Below, piece after piece: positions 8,068 to 13,682 of a stretch of 13,682 nucleotides of DNA. Source of the DNA: an uncultured archaeon (GTDB taxonomy: Archaea; Asgardarchaeota; Lokiarchaeia; Sigyniarchaeales; SOKP01); contig CAZDTP010000080.1 in assembly GCA_964508365.1 (NCBI GenBank), forward strand, positions 1 through 13,682, given 5' to 3'. How positions within the stretch are numbered: position 1 is the stretch's first letter; every line of letters begins with the position of its first letter. Made by a program: the position numbers and the translations under genes. The notes below the pieces were generated by a model. The model ran no database searches and was not told the origin of the DNA. It worked only from the letters and a program-made list of their open reading frames with translations.

Positions 8068-8631
8068 TTATTCTATTACAATAGTTTTTAAGTTTTGAAC
8101 CGCATAATGAGTGTTAGCTTTATCAGGTATTATTTCATGATCAACTACAGACCTTACAGGCCCATCATAAAATAAGGGTTGCCCGTCTTGCTCGTAAGCT
8201 AAGATAACTTGTTCGGGGTTATCTTCAGCTAAAGATATAAGTAATGATGATTCAGCATAATACCCATCGCCCCCAATAAAAAGAAAAGTACTAGAGTCGA
8301 AATTAAGTAAATTTTCAACTTCAAGAATGCTCCACAGTGAAACACCTGAAAAAGTTAAATAATATTCTCTACCGATTGCATTTATAATATGAAATTCTCT
8401 ATCTTCAACTTGCAAATACTTATCTGATTTGATATCAGATAATGTTAATTCAAACTCTTCTACTACATCACCTTTAATGGTAACCACTACAGTGTTTTCG
8501 TCCCCAATTATATTTTTAATATTCTGGAGAGGATCAATGTCTAAGATAATAAAACTATATAAAGATAACCAGAAAGTTGACATCCCTATTACAACTGATA
8601 CAACAAAAATATTAAAATTTCTTTTTTGCAT
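8068..8631 (-). CDS. Membrane-anchored protein with one sulfite-oxidase/molybdopterin-binding-like (Oxidored_molyb) domain, no cysteine
   Basis: 187 aa, N-terminal TM. Motifs FSGVSLWSIL, FIGGDGY, VILAYEQDGQPL, GPVRSVV and VQNLKTIVI follow the order seen in MsrP/YedY/sulfite-oxidase Moco domains. The protein contains no Cys. Confidence 0.75.
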   Translation of the reverse strand: MQKRNFNIFVVSVVIGMSTFWLSLYSFIILDIDPLQNIKNIIGDENTVVVTIKGDVVEEFELTLSDIKSDKYLQVEDREFHIINAIGREYYLTFSGVSLWSILEVENLLNFDSSTFLFIGGDGYYAESSLLISLAEDNPEQVILAYEQDGQPLFYDGPVRSVVDHEIIPDKANTHYAVQNLKTIVIE

Positions 8632-8646
8632 CTTTAAATATTAATT

Positions 8647-8739
8647 TTAATGATTATGAATTAACTTTTTTTTTAGGAAAACAACAATAACTGCTAAAAA
8701 TGTTATGCTAAGTATTATAGAGACAAAAAAACCATCTAT
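8647..8739 (-). other. Loki-CTERM-like C-terminal sorting/anchoring signal
   Basis: IDGFFVSIILSITFLAVIVVFLKKKLIHNH: a short I-x-G-F motif, a hydrophobic helix and a basic cluster, like Loki-CTERM/PGF-CTERM archaeal sorting signals. Confidence 0.6.
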
Positions 8740-9537
8740 TTGATTTTGAACCTCCTCTTCTGTAAGGTCTAATGCATATGTCCAAGAAATAGCATGGTCC
8801 TCATGCGTACTATCGTTCATAAGACCCATATTAAATTTATATAACTTTTTCTCATTAAGCTGCACATCATACGGATCATTAGTCACTAACTTTCTTTGCA
8901 ATTCCAGAGTATATAATTTATTTTCAACATAGGAATATCCTATTTTTACATGATCTATTTCTAAGTTAGAATCATACCATCCTGTCGTCCCAAAACACAT
9001 ATCCTGGCAAAAATATGATGAACCATTTGGTGGTGAAGTAGATAAACATGTCCAATCCCAATTATCTACATCTCCCCCTCCCATAGGTTGAGTGACCATA
9101 CCATCAATAAAATATGCTGAAAAATTTGGAACATTTATATTCCAGCAAAAATAAAGACCATCATAATTATTACCTCCTAAAGATGGTCGTGTAGAATTAT
9201 CAAACCATTCACAAAGAACATAAAGGTACTCATCATTAATAACAAATGTCAGATTCACATAAACTACGAAGAATGAACTGCTATTAAATTCAGAAGCCAA
9301 TGGGACCGTACAAGAACCATTAATGTTGTTGGGATCAGTCCAAAACGATTCTGAAGGGATACCATCTAAATTAATCTCAGCATTTTTATCATATAAGGGC
9401 TTCATAGTAGTTATAGAATGCCCGTCTCTACAGTCACCATATCCCCAAAAAGCTTTAGCTATAGGTGTTCCGAATATAGTTATCGTAAACAATAATAGAA
9501 TTCCTAACGCTAAGCCTAATCGTTTATTTCCTATCAT
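8647..9537 (-). CDS. Secreted, C-terminally anchored DOMON-like heme-binding protein (EB_dh / ethylbenzene dehydrogenase gamma-like domain)
   Basis: 296 aa. Signal peptide ending AKA|F; INLDGIPSESFW; DVDNWDW; YTLELQRKLVTNDPYDVQL..KLYKFNMGLMND...H..S (EB_dh-like C-terminal strands). C-terminal IDGF + TM helix + KKK tail. Seven N-x-S/T sequons. Confidence 0.72.
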   Translation of the reverse strand: MIGNKRLGLALGILLLFTITIFGTPIAKAFWGYGDCRDGHSITTMKPLYDKNAEINLDGIPSESFWTDPNNINGSCTVPLASEFNSSSFFVVYVNLTFVINDEYLYVLCEWFDNSTRPSLGGNNYDGLYFCWNINVPNFSAYFIDGMVTQPMGGGDVDNWDWTCLSTSPPNGSSYFCQDMCFGTTGWYDSNLEIDHVKIGYSYVENKLYTLELQRKLVTNDPYDVQLNEKKLYKFNMGLMNDSTHEDHAISWTYALDLTEEEVQNQIDGFFVSIILSITFLAVIVVFLKKKLIHNH

Positions 9538-9562
9538 ATTGATTATTTTTTAAATATTAACT

Positions 9563-9592
9563 AATAAAATAAAATAAAAAAAAATAAAGAAG
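9563..9592 (-). terminator. Possible archaeal U-rich terminator (or AT-rich internal promoter) between the first and second cluster genes
   Basis: Minus strand reads TTCTTTATTTTTTTTATTTTATTTTATT, starting about 13 nt after the stop at 9606. Confidence 0.35.
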
Positions 9593-9605
9593 TTATTTAT
9601 ATTCG

Positions 9606-10796
9606 TTAAAGATCAAACCCCGACGGAATTGGACCTGAATATGTTGTAATATCGATTTGAATGACATGAGACAGGTAGGTATCTCTTGGTCTGTCGGGTA
9701 CTAAAAGGTAGAATGGTCCTCTATGATACCCACACATTCTTCGGTAAGGCCATACAAGGTCAGTTATTCCTTGTCCCATCTCACCATACTCCTGATCTGC
9801 ATATACTAACGACATTAATAAGTTAGTGTCTGGTAATGGTACACTTGTTTCGTTGATTAAATCCCAAGTCTCCCTGGGTGGAGCTATACCATCTTCAATT
9901 TCGGTGTTATTAAAACGATACTCTTTTTTACTGCCAAAAGGACGTGGGCTTGCATATCCATCAACAGACCATAATCTTACGGTGTAATTCAAAGTTCCTG
10001 CTGACGTGTGTGATATAATCTCTGAGATATTACGCCCCCAGTAATGTCGATTGAAGGACCACCAATCATCTCTGTCATAATGGTATGTGTCATCATATCC
10101 ATTAAGAATCATATTTGAAGGATCTATAACAAATTCTGTAGTTCCATTGATAACGACTTCAACCTTCCAATTAGTCCCTACAGTAACGCTTTCAAGGTCA
10201 TATATCGCAGTCGTCATCAACTCTCCAACCAGAGCAAAATCACCCCAATGTGGACCTAAAGGAGATTCTGCAAGCCATTGCTTATTTGCAGCTATTGCGA
10301 TAATAACAGATTCTTCATTTCCTTCATACATTTTTGAGATGATATCTCCCGTTGTCATGTTTACTGTATGTCCATAACTTGAAACAAATTCGATATCCCA
10401 GCCAAAGTTAGTATCATAAGCTTCTAAAATATCTAACACATCAACACCAGTTACATACAACCCAGAACTCGGCTCAAGAAAAGTATAAGGATAGATGATT
10501 TTTTTATATTCATTTATCATAGGACCGCCTGCTTCTTGTTCTTCGAGTGCTAGAGCAACACCATCTAAAATATCTTCTAAGGTAACTTGTATTGAAGCGC
10601 CGGTTTGATTATAAAACATAAAATAGGATGAATTTGGGGCAGTTGACCAATCATCAGGAAGTCCAAAGAGGTTAGTTGGTTCTTCAGCGGGAGGTCCAAA
10701 GAGAGAAGGTCCAGCAATGATAACAAAACCTAATCCTCCGCCCAATCCTACTACAGCGATCAATAAAATACCTAATATAATATCTTTATTTTCCAT
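9606..10796 (-). CDS. Membrane-anchored extracellular protein with two tandem degenerate sulfite-oxidase/molybdopterin-binding-like domains
   Basis: Likely start is ATG 10796 (MENKDIILGILL..., 396 aa), followed at once by a TM helix; the ORF-track start at 10853 is GTG. Repeat 1: TGVDVLDIL / FVSSYGH / VIIAIAANKQWL / GDFALV / IYDLESVTV. Repeat 2: WGRNISEII / LWSVDGY / MSLVYAD / GPFYLLVP / YLSHVIQIDI. Eight N-x-S/T sequons. Confidence 0.65.
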   Translation of the reverse strand: MENKDIILGILLIAVVGLGGGLGFVIIAGPSLFGPPAEEPTNLFGLPDDWSTAPNSSYFMFYNQTGASIQVTLEDILDGVALALEEQEAGGPMINEYKKIIYPYTFLEPSSGLYVTGVDVLDILEAYDTNFGWDIEFVSSYGHTVNMTTGDIISKMYEGNEESVIIAIAANKQWLAESPLGPHWGDFALVGELMTTAIYDLESVTVGTNWKVEVVINGTTEFVIDPSNMILNGYDDTYHYDRDDWWSFNRHYWGRNISEIISHTSAGTLNYTVRLWSVDGYASPRPFGSKKEYRFNNTEIEDGIAPPRETWDLINETSVPLPDTNLLMSLVYADQEYGEMGQGITDLVWPYRRMCGYHRGPFYLLVPDRPRDTYLSHVIQIDITTYSGPIPSGFDL

Positions 10797-11067
10797 TTTT
10801 TTTTTCACAAATTTTAAGTTTTTTGATATAGTTTTTAAATTTTCCAATTCCACTTCTCTAAAGTGAAAATTTACGAACTATTTGAGTGTACATAACGATC
10901 ATTTATTTAAAAATATTATTAGATCAATTTAATTAGAAATTTTTAAAAAAGAAATCTAATCTTTTACTGGGTATTCATAAAAGATTTTATTCTTTTTTGC
11001 AATAATATATTATTTAGGATGATAATAATAACCTTTAAGAGTATTAAAAAAAGTAATTTAAATTAAA

Positions 11068-12825
11068 TTATATAAGAACTACAAGATCTTCTTCTTTTTT
11101 CACACTTATTCTCTTCTTAAATTTCCGCAATAACCCTGAAAATTTCATTGGTTTTTCTTTGTAATCAAGGTCAACTAAAGCTTGTTCTTGATATACTCTA
11201 ACAATCTCGTTAGAAAGTTCTTGCCAATCCCTGCAGATTTTTAATGTTATTTCATCGCTCCTTAAAAGAGTTTCATGAGAAATAATCCTTGCAAACTCTT
11301 TTGCTAAGGACTCTACGATACTCTGATCAGCCCCTTCAAGCATATCTCTGATAAAATCTTCCGCAGAATACCATTCGGCGACTCTTTGAAGATCACGATG
11401 AATTTGAGTAAGTAGAACATTTCTGGGACCTTCCCAAAGTTCCATTATCATAGAATCTCGGTGGAGTCGTGGTAATGCTATGAAATCCTCCATTATTCCA
11501 TGGCCGCCAAAGAAAGAAATAGCCATGCGTATCAGAGCAGGAGCCTCATCAGCAACAACAATCTTGCATAGCATTATAAGCTCACGTAATCTGAATCGTC
11601 GTTTGCGTTCTTCGATATCATCTATTTGCTGTAACTCTCTTATCCCACTAATTAATTCCTCGCCAAAATGAATAAACTCTGAATATAGTTTAAACGCACC
11701 TGCAGTTGTTCTCATGACAGCATGTTTTAAATCATTAATCTGATTCATCATTAGCGGAAAAGATGCAATAGGAACACCAAAAGCAGTTCTAAATTGAGCA
11801 TATAATATCGCTTCCCTTGCAACACGAAGACCTCCTGCTGCCATACCAAAAGCAATATGAAGTCTCGATAGAGAAAGAACAATTCCAACGACATCTGCTA
11901 AGCCTTTCTCATGAGGTCCTACAGGATATGCAACGGCACCATTATATGTTATCTCCGCTGTGGGGAGTTCAGCAGTACCTAGTTTTTGTTTGAGCCGATC
12001 AATAGTATATGAATTTCTAACCTCCTTTTCTTTATTTCCAGGGAGCCAAGCTGGAACAGCAAATGCAGCAACTCTTGTTGATGATGGAACACCCTTAGGT
12101 TTTGCTGTGACGATAGCATAATCTGCTTGCATTGCAGAACAGAAAAATTTTTGACCGTATATACGCCAGCAATTTGAAATTCCATCGGGACCCTCCGCCT
12201 CCTCATAAACGGCTTCTACCAAATTAACTGGAACATCACTTCCTCCTTGAATTTCACTAATAAATTGCGAGCCTAAACTATATTCTCCATTGATACCATC
12301 TCGAACGGCTGTTAGACATGCATTTGCTTCTGAACTTAATTCATCTTCATATTTTTGCATTAACCAGACCATTCCATGAGTACAAGCAACAGGACACATA
12401 ACACCCACCTCTCCCAACTGATATAGGAGAAACATTTTAGCAAATCTACTCCAAGCGGTATTTCTTTTAGGATCGAATAGACCTATACTAAATATCCCCT
12501 TTTCAAGTTGCTCGGTCTCAGCGGCCCTTTTAATCCTATCTATTCGATGATTATGACCATCATAATGTTGAACGACTGTACATTTCGCCCGATTCTCAAG
12601 TCGAGTTGCTTCATCTGCTAAATCCCTCCAGGGGTAGGAAACTTTATCCGACAACTCTTTAAGTTCAGCATCTATTATGTCAAATTCAGAACCCGTATAT
12701 TTTTTAATTAAAGCTTGGAAAAATTCATCATCTCTATAGAAGTTAAATTGATTTTTAACGAATAAATAATCATCAAATGAATATGGGTTGTTTCTATCAC
12801 CCTCAGTACTTTCTTGTGCACACAT
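11068..12825 (-). CDS. Acyl-CoA dehydrogenase family protein (AidB-like, long form)
   Basis: 585 aa. CPVACTHG; QFISEIQGGSDV (FAD-binding); WRIYGQKFFCS; IDRLKQKLGT; R.AFGVPIASFPLM; FFGGHGIMEDF; RDSMIMELWEGPRNVL with the catalytic-position Glu. Confidence 0.93.
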   Translation of the reverse strand: MCAQESTEGDRNNPYSFDDYLFVKNQFNFYRDDEFFQALIKKYTGSEFDIIDAELKELSDKVSYPWRDLADEATRLENRAKCTVVQHYDGHNHRIDRIKRAAETEQLEKGIFSIGLFDPKRNTAWSRFAKMFLLYQLGEVGVMCPVACTHGMVWLMQKYEDELSSEANACLTAVRDGINGEYSLGSQFISEIQGGSDVPVNLVEAVYEEAEGPDGISNCWRIYGQKFFCSAMQADYAIVTAKPKGVPSSTRVAAFAVPAWLPGNKEKEVRNSYTIDRLKQKLGTAELPTAEITYNGAVAYPVGPHEKGLADVVGIVLSLSRLHIAFGMAAGGLRVAREAILYAQFRTAFGVPIASFPLMMNQINDLKHAVMRTTAGAFKLYSEFIHFGEELISGIRELQQIDDIEERKRRFRLRELIMLCKIVVADEAPALIRMAISFFGGHGIMEDFIALPRLHRDSMIMELWEGPRNVLLTQIHRDLQRVAEWYSAEDFIRDMLEGADQSIVESLAKEFARIISHETLLRSDEITLKICRDWQELSNEIVRVYQEQALVDLDYKEKPMKFSGLLRKFKKRISVKKEEDLVVLI

Positions 12826-12845
12826 ATCTCTTTCACTACTCTTCT

Positions 12846-12864
12846 TTATATATTAAAAATTTTA
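12846..12864 (-). promoter_or_regulatory. Putative archaeal BRE/TATA promoter of the acyl-CoA dehydrogenase gene
   Basis: Minus strand AAAATTTTTAATATATAAA. The TTTTTAATA core ends 25 nt before the ATG at 12825. Confidence 0.5.
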
Positions 12865-13007
12865 GAAAATCATATTATTTAAATCTAGGCGGACTAGTTT
12901 AAATGTTTATGTGAAAATTTACAATTATATCAATATTTGATGTTAATTCTGTATAAGGTTGGTTAGAGGTAAGAATTTTAAAAAATGATTATGCAAAATA
13001 GCAAAAA

Positions 13008-13682
13008 TTAGGAGAAATTAAACAATTTTCTCGCTTTATCAACTGTATCTGAATCAAATTTCCTAAATAAGGCATAAGCAGTAATTGGCACGACACAGCC
13101 ACAATTTTCACATAAAAGTGGTGAATTTCCCATGACACAAAACTTTTGTTTACCATCAGGATAGAAACTTTTTATATAACCAGTTTTAAATATGCAATGT
13201 GGCACAAATTCTTTTGATAGATATATTTCTAACATTTTTTTGGAATAAAAAATAAAATCTCCATATTCACGTATTACTTTTAAAATATCTTTTATAGTCT
13301 TTTTTAATATATTACCTTTTAATAAAAGTGGGCTGTCAGGATAGTCGGTATATAATTGAAATACTAATCCAGAAGCACCATTATCGTAAGCAATCTTAAC
13401 AATATCTTCAATTTCCTTATAATTTAATGTCATAATGGCTGATGTAACGACCGGATTGTTCTCCCGAATATTTTCTATAACTTTATCAAAAATCTTTGCA
13501 CCTCTTATCTCATCATGAGTTTCCTTGGTACCATCTATACTTACCCAGTATTTCGGTTGTTTATATCCATTAAATCGAGGTAATTTTATAATTCCATTTG
13601 ATACAACCTGAACTGAGGGAAAAATTTTAATCGCTTCTTTTATAACATCCATTCTTAAAGTAGGTTCTCCACCGGTTAAAAC
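13008..13682 (-). CDS. Radical SAM protein with C-terminal Cys-rich (SPASM/twitch-like) domain; 5' partial
   Basis: The frame stays open to the window edge and reads VLTGGEPTLRMDV..., so the GGEP motif lies upstream of the ORF-track Met. Also SNG, VSIDG..ETHDEIRG and a C-terminal CX18CX8CX2CXC. The CX3CX2C motif would lie outside the window. Confidence 0.88.
   Translation of the reverse strand, partial: VLTGGEPTLRMDVIKEAIKIFPSVQVVSNGIIKLPRFNGYKQPKYWVSIDGTKETHDEIRGAKIFDKVIENIRENNPVVTSAIMTLNYKEIEDIVKIAYDNGASGLVFQLYTDYPDSPLLLKGNILKKTIKDILKVIREYGDFIFYSKKMLEIYLSKEFVPHCIFKTGYIKSFYPDGKQKFCVMGNSPLLCENCGCVVPITAYALFRKFDSDTVDKARKLFNFS

Noticed and set aside
8429-10377. Short + strand ORFs 8429-8644, 9323-9553 and 10087-10377
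   Set aside because: Antisense shadows of well-supported minus-strand genes.
10797-10853. ORF-track N-terminal extension from GTG 10853 (MELENLKTISK...)
   Set aside because: ATG 10796 is directly followed by the TM anchor; the extension is low-complexity and overlaps putative promoter elements.
10797-11067. Possible Moco, cobalamin or TPP riboswitch upstream of the ECF cluster
   Set aside because: The region is extremely AT-rich, has only one short hairpin and shows no recognisable riboswitch consensus. An Infernal/Rfam scan would be decisive.
11480-12206. ORFs 11480-11671 (+) and 11979-12206 (-, alternate frame)
   Set aside because: Nested in the acyl-CoA dehydrogenase, which has continuous conserved motifs.
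13008-13652. Treating the radical SAM ORF as a complete 214 aa protein or a pseudogene
   Set aside because: The frame continues without a stop to the window edge and includes GGEP, so it is simply truncated by the window.
1-13682. CRISPR arrays, tRNA/rRNA genes, transposases, integrases or defence systems
   Set aside because: No regularly spaced repeats, structured RNA signatures or mobile-element and defence motifs were seen; nearly all sequence is explained by CDSs.

Overview
AT-rich, gene-dense archaeal window, most likely from an Asgard archaeon (Lokiarchaeia/Promethearchaeota). That assignment is inferred from a Loki-CTERM-like C-terminal anchor, a Bat-type HTH_10 regulator, archaeal TATA-like promoters and sequon-rich surface proteins. 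From left to right: an HTH_10 regulator (+); a MoxR-type AAA+ ATPase and vWA partner pair (-); a large membrane-anchored alpha/beta hydrolase (+); a six-gene minus-strand cluster; an AidB-like acyl-CoA dehydrogenase; and a radical SAM gene cut off by the window end. The cluster encodes a complete ECF transporter (S, fused A-A', T), two membrane-anchored proteins carrying three sulfite-oxidase/molybdopterin-binding-like domains that lack the Moco-ligating Cys, and a secreted DOMON-like (EB_dh) heme-binding protein. Two signals stand out. First, the cluster may be an uncharacterised cofactor-capture and import system. Second, the vWA reading frame extends 82 codons upstream of its first canonical start and overlaps the MoxR stop at a G_GAT_TTT heptamer, implying a non-canonical ATA/ATC start or a -1 frameshift fusion. 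No rRNA, tRNA, CRISPR array or mobile element was recognised. All family assignments come from motif recognition by eye, not database searches.
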